64,000 nt of DNA from an uncultured virus (IMG/VR IMGVR_UViG_3300000956_000008) (Duplodnaviria > Heunggongvirae > Uroviricota > Caudoviricetes). Position numbers and translations under genes: made by a program. Shown here piece by piece: positions 1 through 7,463 of this stretch. The DNA lies in IMG/VR virus record IMGVR_UViG_3300000956_000008. One strand, written 5' to 3'. How positions within the stretch are numbered: position 1 is the first letter of the stretch; the number at the start of each line of letters is the position of its first letter. Under the pieces are notes generated by a model. That model ran no database searches and was not told the origin of the DNA. It saw only the letters and a list, made by a program, of their open reading frames with translations.

Positions 1-44
1 CCGGGCGAGCGCGTGATACAGGATAATTTATTTTTGTCAAGGGC

Positions 45-72
45 TTGCATTCGTTGTTGGGTTGTCTATAAT
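45..72 (+). promoter_or_regulatory. sigma70-like promoter TTGCAT-N16-TATAAT, back-to-back with a minus-strand TTGACA at 35-40
   Basis: Hexamers read directly from sequence. Confidence 0.6.
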
Positions 73-148
73 TACACATAGCAGGAACGAAAGCCGAAAG
101 GCCAGACACTGGAGTACAAGACGGGGAGGGTGCCTGTCATTCTGGTAA

Positions 149-238
149 TGCGAATGAATCCCAACTGCGGAAGTTAATGACTCTCGGAATCATTCTCAAA
201 TGAGAACCTGTCTCGATACCCGATGAGAATGATTCTCC
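149..238. promoter_or_regulatory. cluster of Fur-box-like 7-1-7 palindromes
   Basis: TGAGAATGATTCTCC (224-238), TCGGAATCATTCTCA (184-198), TGCGAATGAATCCCA (149-163). Confidence 0.4.
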
Positions 239-407
239 CTCTCAGCCAGTGGGCTACAGACGTGCTACACCATTTTCGAGTAGCACGTCACTCCCCCGGA
301 ATCCCCACCCTCGCGGAAAAATGTACCGATCTGTAAAAAACGCTTTGGGTATCTGGTTTCCCGTGAAAATCTGTTTGGTTCCCTGAAAATCCCGTTGGGT
401 ATTTTTC

Positions 408-626
408 TCAGTCGAACATGGAGCCGATCATACTACCCACACCACCAATCACATCAGCGGCCACGTCCACCATGAAGTAGGCTGTAGCCACGTCCACTGC
501 TGTCTCAAGCACGTCTTCGATAAAGGTGGTGGACTGGTAGCGACCGTGATTCTTGGGGCACTGAGCACTGCGAGAGTGGGCAGTGAAGGTGCATTTGCAG
601 TAGTCGCAGCGTAGTTTATAAGCCAT
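408..626 (-). CDS. small hypothetical protein with CxxC...C-x2-H putative Zn site
   Basis: GGAG RBS, own promoter upstream, CDYC and CPKNH motifs. Confidence 0.7.
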   Translation of the reverse strand: MAYKLRCDYCKCTFTAHSRSAQCPKNHGRYQSTTFIEDVLETAVDVATAYFMVDVAADVIGGVGSMIGSMFD

Positions 627-828
627 GATGGTTCTCCATGTTGGTTGATGTGGTCATGATACAGGGTTGTTTGGGTTCTGTCTACAGCTCTATGAAAATC
701 TATTTGGGAAATTCCCTATGCGAAACCTTTTGGCGAAAATCTGTGGTGCGAAAAAGTAAGCTGAATACCCTGCCGCCCCAAAAAGTAAGACAAACAAGTA
801 AGCCCCTACAAAAGTAAGGGCTTTGATA

Positions 829-1041
829 TTACAACCAGACCGCCATGAGGATGCTGGCAATCGCACTGGCTGCCGCCACAAGGCAGGCAGCACCACCAAC
901 GTAAGGCACAAACGTTGGAACTTTACGTTTGTAATGGCCCTTGGCCCTGTCCTCGTAATTATAGAAGCTATCTACCATCAGCATGACCAGAAACACAACC
1001 AGTGCAGTCGCAGCAATCTTGAAAAGCAACAGTGTTATCAT
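829..1041 (-). CDS. small membrane protein (2 TM)
   Basis: Two hydrophobic segments; start overlaps upstream stop. Confidence 0.7.
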   Translation of the reverse strand: MITLLLFKIAATALVVFLVMLMVDSFYNYEDRAKGHYKRKVPTFVPYVGGAACLVAAASAIASILMAVWL

Positions 1042-1223
1042 TATTTATCTCCTTCAATGTGTTGTTTAAGTGCAGACAGCGTGGAGAACTCTTCACTCCG
1101 AATCTTCCCACCACACCCTCGGGGGCGATAATGCCAAGCATTGCTTTCGTTGTAAATACGGCCAAGCTCTTTCTTGTGCCACTTCACCCGGATGTATTCT
1201 TCTTTCTGTTCGTAGTTGATCAC
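1041..1223 (-). CDS. hypothetical protein
   Basis: Coupled ORF in minus-strand run, GGAG RBS. Confidence 0.7.
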   Translation of the reverse strand: MINYEQKEEYIRVKWHKKELGRIYNESNAWHYRPRGCGGKIRSEEFSTLSALKQHIEGDK

Positions 1224-1408
1224 TTCAACTCTCCTTTGAGTTCCATCAAGGCTGCAATCAGGTTGTCAATTTCATCATCGTACACCATGATTTGCTGCTC
1301 ATCAGATTGGTCTGTTATCACCAGTGTGACCATCGCCCCGCTGTGAATAGTCAAGGTTTCCACTGTGATATTTGTATCGTGCCCTTGGTTGGTTCTGACC
1401 TTAATCAT
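1220..1408 (-). CDS. hypothetical protein
   Basis: 4-nt overlaps with both neighbours. Confidence 0.7.
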   Translation of the reverse strand: MIKVRTNQGHDTNITVETLTIHSGAMVTLVITDQSDEQQIMVYDDEIDNLIAALMELKGELK

Positions 1409-1647
1409 TCTTCGTCCTCATCATCGAAGTCATCTTCCAGTGGGGAGCAGATACCAAGATCAGCGTATGTCATAGCTTCAGGCACCATGAGCACGTCAGG
1501 CCCAGAGTCCATGCCGCCATAGCTCTCAAGGTCTTCATCAATCACACGCTCAGCCAGCTCCTTGTCGAAGGTATACTGGATGGAAGTGTAGCCGTCAGTG
1601 CCTCCAGCGATCAAGTAGAGGGGTTTCAGTTTAACTACGATGCTCAT
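1405..1647 (-). CDS. acidic hypothetical protein
   Basis: Start reassigned to MSIVVK (GGAG RBS; promoter TTGACA-N16-TAAAAT at 1706-1679). Confidence 0.7.
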   Translation of the reverse strand: MSIVVKLKPLYLIAGGTDGYTSIQYTFDKELAERVIDEDLESYGGMDSGPDVLMVPEAMTYADLGICSPLEDDFDDEDEE

Positions 1648-1732
1648 TTGTCTCTCCGTTGTTTGTCTTGATGTGCCCATTTTACAGGAATGGGGAGCCG
1701 TGTCAACTCTTTTCTGCATTTATTATAGGCAA

Positions 1733-1755
1733 AGAAAAGCCCGCCGAAGCGGGCT
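1733..1755 (-). terminator. intrinsic terminator
   Basis: AGCCCGC-TTCG-GCGGGCT followed by TTTCTTT on minus strand. Confidence 0.85.
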
Positions 1756-1757
1756 AA

Positions 1758-1949
1758 TTAGTAGCGAATACCAGTGCGATCAAACAGAGCAGTTGTTAGT
1801 TCTTCGATTCTTGCCTCAAGCCACATTCTACGCTTTGGGATTGTTGTTGTCTTCAAGCATTCACGGAATGCAGTGAGCTTGACTCTAAGAATTCTGACCT
1901 GTTCTTTCGCATAGTAAGCCACCAGTAGTGCGGGTGTTGTGTCAGCCAT
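1758..1949 (-). CDS. hypothetical protein
   Basis: Start MADTT after AAGGAG. Confidence 0.65.
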   Translation of the reverse strand: MADTTPALLVAYYAKEQVRILRVKLTAFRECLKTTTIPKRRMWLEARIEELTTALFDRTGIRY

Positions 1950-2039
1950 GCTAGGCTCCTTATAATGTGAGGCTGTGTATCGAAGATACGCTCCTTGCCT
2001 CAAGGTAATTATAACACCTTTACGCACTCATGTAAAGCC

Positions 2040-2174
2040 CTATTCGTCGGCTGGTTTGGCTTCCCACTGGCCCTTACGACCTTTGCGTTGGTCACGTGAG
2101 TTACGATCAGTCTTGCGTTGTTCACGCTTAGCTTTCTCGTATTCCCAGTTCTTGCCAAACTCTTCTGCACTCAT
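2040..2174 (-). CDS. 44-aa basic peptide (not in ORF track)
   Basis: MSAEEFGKNWEYEKAKREQRKTDRNSRDQRKGRKGQWEAKPADE fills the gap between ORFs. Confidence 0.55.
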   Translation of the reverse strand: MSAEEFGKNWEYEKAKREQRKTDRNSRDQRKGRKGQWEAKPADE

Positions 2175-2179
2175 CTTTC

Positions 2180-2395
2180 TCAAAATAGTTTCCTTTTGTT
2201 AGTCATAATAGTATCCAAATCTTCCCACACTTGCTGGTAGAAACTTGTTGGGATTGTGCCATCAAGGTGCCATGCACCCACCATACCCTTCGTGTATGTG
2301 CAGTGGCTAAGGGCAGACTCATAAGTCTTGGCCTCACTCACCATCGCCACGAAGTCTTCAACGTGCTTCACCTTTTGCTCAGCGTTCAGCATCAT
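2180..2395 (-). CDS. hypothetical protein
   Basis: ORF in co-oriented run. Confidence 0.65.
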   Translation of the reverse strand: MMLNAEQKVKHVEDFVAMVSEAKTYESALSHCTYTKGMVGAWHLDGTIPTSFYQQVWEDLDTIMTNKRKLF

Positions 2396-2615
2396 TTGCT
2401 CTACGCCCTTTGATCAACACTGTCGAGGACTTGTCTACAGCTATTTCTTTCAAGAGCCGGATGGCGAAGATTGGACCAGTGAGAGTGATGATAAACACCA
2501 TGCCCAGATCACCCAGAGTAAAATCATCACCGTCCTTATAACCATCGTATACACAGATAGCCACTGCCACAAACCCTACCAACAGCCAACCTACAACGTA
2601 GTATGCCCACATCAT
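2379..2615 (-). CDS. small membrane protein (2 TM)
   Basis: Two hydrophobic segments, GGAG RBS. Confidence 0.7.
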   Translation of the reverse strand: MMWAYYVVGWLLVGFVAVAICVYDGYKDGDDFTLGDLGMVFIITLTGPIFAIRLLKEIAVDKSSTVLIKGRRANDAER

Positions 2616-3001
2616 TTCTTTGCTCCTTCAATACGTTTAATTGCCTTGTCGAAAATATTACGACCAGCTTTCAAACCCACAACACCCATCGATTCAAACT
2701 GATTCTTCATCTGGTTTGCAGCATGGCAGCAGGCTACAACATTGCCTTTGACATAACCCTTGGTGCCGTCGATACGGTCAATGGTGGCATCCGACAGACG
2801 CAGCTCGCCGTTAGCTTCTTTGCCAGTACTCTTGGTGAGGATGATGCCAGTGTAGTAGCAACGCTCAGCACTCATCAAATTCTTCATCGACTGGAATGAC
2901 AGGTCGAATTCAATACCACGCTTCTTGGCGTTCTCTGCTTTCCAAGTCAGGTGCTTGGCACAGTACAGGTCGAATTCAGTTTTGGTCATGTTGAAACGCA
3001 T
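2612..3001 (-). CDS. HNH-superfamily endonuclease-like protein
   Basis: CYYTG...TIDRIDGTKGYVKGNVVACCHAANQMK, a His-Me-finger-type pattern common in phages. Confidence 0.7.
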   Translation of the reverse strand: MRFNMTKTEFDLYCAKHLTWKAENAKKRGIEFDLSFQSMKNLMSAERCYYTGIILTKSTGKEANGELRLSDATIDRIDGTKGYVKGNVVACCHAANQMKNQFESMGVVGLKAGRNIFDKAIKRIEGAKK

Positions 3002-3036
3002 CGTTGTTGCTCCGTTGTTGGTTGATGTGGTGAATC

Positions 3037-3543
3037 TTACAGTACTTGTTTCAAGTCGTCAAGCGTCAAACCTTTAGATTTCAACAAAGCTTCAATATCA
3101 ACTAAAGTATTGTTGGCCCGCTCGGTTTTCCAAGCGTGAGCTACTTCAAACGCACGATCAACGATCGTCTGAATAGACTTACCTTCACGCAACTCGTACT
3201 CGATTATTAACTTGAAACTATCCAACATTTCAGTTGGTTTTACTACGGTCTTAGGACGTTGAATAGCAACTGCCCGCTGTACATCGAGTTGACCGGCATT
3301 ATAAGCCCTACCCCAAGTCATGAAACGCCCTAGCCACTTCTTTTTGTCGTCCCAAGATAGGGCTAGCTCTGAAGCAATCGCAGCTTGAGTGGACAGGCAG
3401 TTTCTTACCATCTCTATGATGGTCTTTTTATCTTCAATCAGGAAGATTCTCTGTCCATACTTGTACATATCACCAGCGCCGGTTGCTCTTTTTACTGCTT
3501 CACGTACAAACAAGACGATTTCGCTGATAGTTGTGTATTTCAA
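3037..3543 (-). CDS. hypothetical protein
   Basis: 168 aa, TTG start after AGGAG, own promoter TTGACA-N16-TAGAAT. Confidence 0.7.
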   Translation of the reverse strand: MKYTTISEIVLFVREAVKRATGAGDMYKYGQRIFLIEDKKTIIEMVRNCLSTQAAIASELALSWDDKKKWLGRFMTWGRAYNAGQLDVQRAVAIQRPKTVVKPTEMLDSFKLIIEYELREGKSIQTIVDRAFEVAHAWKTERANNTLVDIEALLKSKGLTLDDLKQVL

Positions 3544-3604
3544 AGTTGACTCCTAATTGGTTTGTGTGGGCTATTCTACAGTGTTTATGTTTCGTGTCAA
3601 GCGT

Positions 3605-3748
3605 TTATTTGCCTACCTTATAGAGGAAGTAGTTGCCTACGGCTGCAACGCCACAGACGATAGCCAAGAGTGCGTTGAGGGTGTATATGTTGTACACACA
3701 GCATACAGCAGTTACAACAGCTAACTCCAAACGGTATTCTTTAAACAT
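3605..3748 (-). CDS. 47-aa membrane peptide (not in ORF track)
   Basis: MFKEYRLELAVVTAVCC...; ATG overlaps upstream TAA. Confidence 0.5.
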   Translation of the reverse strand: MFKEYRLELAVVTAVCCVYNIYTLNALLAIVCGVAAVGNYFLYKVGK

Positions 3749-4773
3749 TAGTATGTTTCTCCAGTGTAAGGCTTCAGAAGATGTTGGTTCTTGTTGAACC
3801 GTTCGATGTAGTCATTCTCACCTAGTTCGTTGTACAGGTCAAGCACTTTTTGATAATTTTCCCAAGCATACTCACGGAACCATCCGCTTGTGATGCTGGT
3901 ACACACTTTCATCAGAGCCATTTCAAAGCTCCAGCGAGCGCTTGGCCCACCTTCCTTACCCAAGCCATGAGGAATCTGCGAGCGCTCAAGGGCGAGCACA
4001 CAGGACTCTTCGTAGACACCATATAGCCGCACCTTCTCATCAACACTCATAAACTTCTCCTTGGAAGTCATAACCTCAGAGCCGTCCTTCATGTACTTGG
4101 TGTAAGCTGGCGAGAAGATACGCTTGCCATGAGCCACCAGACAGCCAACCCGGCCATCAGGGCAAGGCTGACCCCATTCCACGTAACTGTCCAGAGCAAC
4201 AGCCAAGTGAATGCTATCATGATCATACACGTAGTTCACACCGTCACCATTGAAGAAGTCCTTTGAACTGACGTTCAGTTTCGGGTGTGCGTAGTCGTAG
4301 GACTCTTTCTCACGAAGCTTTAGAAGCTCAACGTTGGCCGCATTCTGCTCAAACCACACCCGAAGCCAATACTCTCCAAGTTTTTCACGCAGGAACTTTA
4401 TGTCCGACATGGTTTTCAAGAAGTGTGGTGAGTTACGCTTATAGCGGTGGCTCAGTTTAATCAACAGCAGATCATCATTGATTGCTGGGCGAGTCTCATG
4501 GTCTTTTGCGGTCGCCTCGTAAACTTCCAGCAACTTCAGAGCAGATGTACCTTCCCACGCCAACTCAAACTCGTAGTTCATGCCGTCTTTATCACGTGCA
4601 TGGTAATACTTACCACCTTGCGTTGGTACAGCGAATTGCAGTTTATCCTTATTGGCTTTATGCCAAGCTGTGAACTGCTCAATGGTGCAGATGAAGTCCC
4701 AATCGACGGTACGTCGAACACCTTCCAGTTCAGGGTTGTTTGCTACCAGAGCGCGTGAGCCAATCAGAAGCAT
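3748..4773 (-). CDS. nucleotidyltransferase-fold protein
   Basis: N-terminal LIGSRA...DWDF resembles the pol-beta NTase hGS...DxD motif; LIKLSH...KTMSD helix; conserved-looking YDHDSIH, EE..VLALER, TSGWFR. Confidence 0.6.
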   Translation of the reverse strand: MLLIGSRALVANNPELEGVRRTVDWDFICTIEQFTAWHKANKDKLQFAVPTQGGKYYHARDKDGMNYEFELAWEGTSALKLLEVYEATAKDHETRPAINDDLLLIKLSHRYKRNSPHFLKTMSDIKFLREKLGEYWLRVWFEQNAANVELLKLREKESYDYAHPKLNVSSKDFFNGDGVNYVYDHDSIHLAVALDSYVEWGQPCPDGRVGCLVAHGKRIFSPAYTKYMKDGSEVMTSKEKFMSVDEKVRLYGVYEESCVLALERSQIPHGLGKEGGPSARWSFEMALMKVCTSITSGWFREYAWENYQKVLDLYNELGENDYIERFNKNQHLLKPYTGETY

Positions 4774-4805
4774 TTCGAATTCCTCGTTTGTGTTTGTATG
4801 GGCAC

Positions 4806-4846
4806 ATCATAAAGAAAGCCCCGACACCTGTCAAGGGGCCGGGGCT
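4806..4846 (-). promoter_or_regulatory. promoter TTGACA-N17-TATGAT embedded in a terminator-like hairpin
   Basis: AGCCCC...GGGGCT stem encloses the -35 hexamer. Confidence 0.6.
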
Positions 4847-4853
4847 AATTCTT

Positions 4854-5081
4854 TTAGCAGCTTTGGCTGGAAGCGTTCCAACCCGGCTCAGACCAACGCA
4901 TCCCCTGCTCTTCGTGGTACTTCTCAGAGTAGTAGGTGCCGCCCATACCGTAACCGCCGAGGTCCATAGTGAACTCAAGGCCGTATTCGTCAGCGATGCT
5001 CTCAGCTTCGTAGACAAGCTTCTGGGCTTGTTCAATCAAGGCTTCAATCTCGGCAGTCTTCTCACGTTTGATATCAGCCAT
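4854..5081 (-). CDS. small protein ending WNASSQSC (W-x-[AS]-S-x3-C family)
   Basis: Start MADIK overlaps upstream TAA; paralogous motif. Confidence 0.8.
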   Translation of the reverse strand: MADIKREKTAEIEALIEQAQKLVYEAESIADEYGLEFTMDLGGYGMGGTYYSEKYHEEQGMRWSEPGWNASSQSC

Positions 5082-5395
5082 TAGATGTTCCACCCGTAAT
5101 CACCTTCCTGAGCAGACTCTTCCCACTCACAACCACCCGAGGCTTCCCACATCGAAGCTGGGGTGTAGGTTTGAGAGCGACCATCAACGTCAGTGTAGGT
5201 GAACGGCACTTCCAAATCTTCGGCAAGATCAGCAGCCCACTCACGAACCAATTCGTAATGCTCTGCGTCTTCGTCGTTGGCTTTCAGCCAAGCTGCCAGT
5301 TCAGCAAGCTCTGCCAAACCTTCAACACCCTCATCGAATACGATGGTAGTGTAAGTGGATTCAGACCAGCTATATTTCTCTTCAACAAATTTCAT
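5081..5395 (-). CDS. acidic protein with internal WEASGGC/WEES (same family, divergent)
   Basis: AGGAG RBS; LAEDLEVPF matches family motif. Confidence 0.8.
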   Translation of the reverse strand: MKFVEEKYSWSESTYTTIVFDEGVEGLAELAELAAWLKANDEDAEHYELVREWAADLAEDLEVPFTYTDVDGRSQTYTPASMWEASGGCEWEESAQEGDYGWNI

Positions 5396-5419
5396 TATGA
5401 TTCTCCTTTGTTAGTTAAA

Positions 5420-5863
5420 TTAGCAGTACATGGAGCTGGAATCCCAGTCCACTGCGTCAATCAGACGGAAGTCATTGGTGTAACGTCCCACTTGAATGTT
5501 TGCCGGAATATTGAATTCGTTTGCCAGAGTCAGCAGCTCATTCATCTGTGGTGTCACTTGAGCAATCAGTTCAGCTACACGTGCTACAGCTTCCCGCCGT
5601 GCCTTTTGGTAGTCCAGATGGTCAGCAGCGAAGTTACCACTGTCGATGTAGGCTTGAATGTCCTCAACAGTGAAGACTTCACCAGACAGTTCGAAGTCGT
5701 AGGCATCTGGCCCAAGACGTTCGCTATCCAGATAATGTTCGTCAACGTAGGTGCGGCCATTCTTGGCGTACACATGCTGGCTACCTGTTTCGATGGTGAT
5801 TGCACCTTCGATGTTCAGTGTACCTTGTGCAACCAGATTTGCAACGTAGAGTTTGGTCTTCAT
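5420..5863 (-). CDS. protein ending WDSSSMYC (same family, extra N-terminal domain)
   Basis: ATGA overlap; LANEFNIPA motif. Confidence 0.8.
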   Translation of the reverse strand: MKTKLYVANLVAQGTLNIEGAITIETGSQHVYAKNGRTYVDEHYLDSERLGPDAYDFELSGEVFTVEDIQAYIDSGNFAADHLDYQKARREAVARVAELIAQVTPQMNELLTLANEFNIPANIQVGRYTNDFRLIDAVDWDSSSMYC

Positions 5864-6270
5864 GCTTTCTTTCCTCCATCAGCCAGTCGGTTTTCAATTT
5901 TGTGGTCAGCACGGGAAGCGTTATATTCCAGCTTCTCCAAGATCGCACCAGCCAAGTCCCAACCTTCATGACCAGCAAGGTCGAACGCACGGATGATGGC
6001 GTCAGCCAGTTCAACTTCTGGCATTGGGCGATGTGGCAGTTTATCGTCCATCAAGCCCTTACGAACACCCTCAACAGCTTCGCTTACCTCACTATGTACC
6101 AGAGCCAACTTGGCGAGTTGCAGGGTTACGTCACCCTTAGGGAAGGGCTCGTTGGTTGCGATGTTCTTCCACCAACCTGCTTCAACGTTGCCATTGTAGA
6201 TGACCCATTGCAGGTGTGTCAAGCCTTGATGAATACGTGCCACTTCGAATACTTCTAGATTCTGGATCAT
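5860..6270 (-). CDS. MazG-like NTP pyrophosphohydrolase
   Basis: KLALVHSEVSEAVEG...EVELADAIIR (ExxE...ExxD). Confidence 0.85.
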   Translation of the reverse strand: MIQNLEVFEVARIHQGLTHLQWVIYNGNVEAGWWKNIATNEPFPKGDVTLQLAKLALVHSEVSEAVEGVRKGLMDDKLPHRPMPEVELADAIIRAFDLAGHEGWDLAGAILEKLEYNASRADHKIENRLADGGKKA

Positions 6271-6279
6271 GTTCTCTCC

Positions 6280-6639
6280 TTATTGTGTGAAATACGAGTC
6301 AAAGAATTCATTCACTCGTCGGAAGTATTGGTCACTCTCGACAAGGAATTCAGCCCAGACACGGACGTTCTTGAGGTAGACTTCCTCAGACCAGCCACTC
6401 TCGCCTTCGTCGCAGTAGCAATCAAACCATTGGAACTGCTCTTGCTGACAGACGTAGCCTTTCGACTCATAGTCGTTGATAAGCTTGTTAGCCCATTCAG
6501 TATAGCCTTTGCCTAGCAAGAAGTAGAACCAACTGCCAGCGGGCCATGAAGCCATGAAGTAGTCGTCAAACCCTTCACCAGCTTCCAGTTCCCAGTCACG
6601 AATGGCTTTCACCATCGCGTCAACGTTACGCTCGACCAT
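6280..6639 (-). CDS. aromatic/acidic hypothetical protein
   Basis: TAATG coupling with upstream ORF. Confidence 0.7.
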   Translation of the reverse strand: MVERNVDAMVKAIRDWELEAGEGFDDYFMASWPAGSWFYFLLGKGYTEWANKLINDYESKGYVCQQEQFQWFDCYCDEGESGWSEEVYLKNVRVWAEFLVESDQYFRRVNEFFDSYFTQ

Positions 6640-6830
6640 TAGCAAGTACCGTAGCTAGACGACCAATGGTCAGGCTGATAGTCAGCCGTGGTGTTGTAAG
6701 CTCGACCACCTTCAAGGGTGATATCGAACGCAATGCCGTGTTCATCAGCGACAGCCCGAGCTTGTGCGTGCAGCACTTGAATGGCTTCGATCATGCCAGC
6801 GAGGTATTGGGTTGCTTCGTGAGAATTCAT
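6639..6830 (-). CDS. small protein ending WSSSYGTC (same family)
   Basis: AAGGAG RBS; VADEHGIAF motif. Confidence 0.8.
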   Translation of the reverse strand: MNSHEATQYLAGMIEAIQVLHAQARAVADEHGIAFDITLEGGRAYNTTADYQPDHWSSSYGTC

Positions 6831-6832
6831 GA

Positions 6833-7048
6833 TTACTCCTTGTTAAGTGGTTTGAGGTCGCTGAGGTATTCGTAGGCACCGGGTTCGCCACCCGCATGGT
6901 CCCAACCGCTACCCTCGCCTTTGAACAGCGGGCAGGTTGTACCATCATCCTTAAACAATTGTACGATAGTGCCCACTGGAAACAGGCTGCCCTCTAAGGC
7001 AACAAACTTGTCACCAATTTTGTAACCCTTTTCTTCGCACGGTGTCAT
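6833..7048 (-). CDS. hypothetical protein
   Basis: Co-oriented ORF with RBS. Confidence 0.7.
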   Translation of the reverse strand: MTPCEEKGYKIGDKFVALEGSLFPVGTIVQLFKDDGTTCPLFKGEGSGWDHAGGEPGAYEYLSDLKPLNKE

Positions 7049-7287
7049 CTTATTCCCCCTTTGATATCGTTGATTGTATTGAAGGTGTAGCCCAGCCCGC
7101 CCTGAATCATAAGAGGGAAAGTGCGGAAGCCCATCATACCGATTTCTTCCAGCTTGTCCATCAGCTCTTCCATGTCGTAATCAGTGCCAAGCACCTTTAC
7201 ATCGAATGGAATACCGCGAGACTTTAACACGTTTTTGGCCTGCTCACAAGAGGGGCAAGGCACTTTGCTGTAAATTGTTACGTTCAT
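7045..7287 (-). CDS. glutaredoxin (NrdH/Grx-like)
   Basis: TIYSKVPCPSC...TFP thioredoxin-fold motifs. Confidence 0.9.
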   Translation of the reverse strand: MNVTIYSKVPCPSCEQAKNVLKSRGIPFDVKVLGTDYDMEELMDKLEEIGMMGFRTFPLMIQGGLGYTFNTINDIKGGIR

Positions 7288-7463
7288 TCAACCACCTCAA
7301 AGTCTTCTGCGAAGTCCATAGAGACGGGAATACCATCAAGGTTGATACCAACGTCCCAAAGGTTAGTCACTTCGTATACCACGCCAACACGCAACCGACC
7401 CCAGCCGTCTTGATTGATCAGACGCACCTTGGTGCCCATTTCCAACTCTTCGTATTTAATCAT
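7284..7463 (-). CDS. 59-aa hypothetical protein (not in ORF track)
   Basis: MIKYEELEMG...DFEVVE; ATGA overlaps on both sides. Confidence 0.65.
   Translation of the reverse strand: MIKYEELEMGTKVRLINQDGWGRLRVGVVYEVTNLWDVGINLDGIPVSMDFAEDFEVVE

Noticed and set aside
690..911. 73-aa minus-strand ORF over the repeat region
   Set aside because: Overlaps a better ORF (829-1041), has no RBS and crosses A-tract motifs
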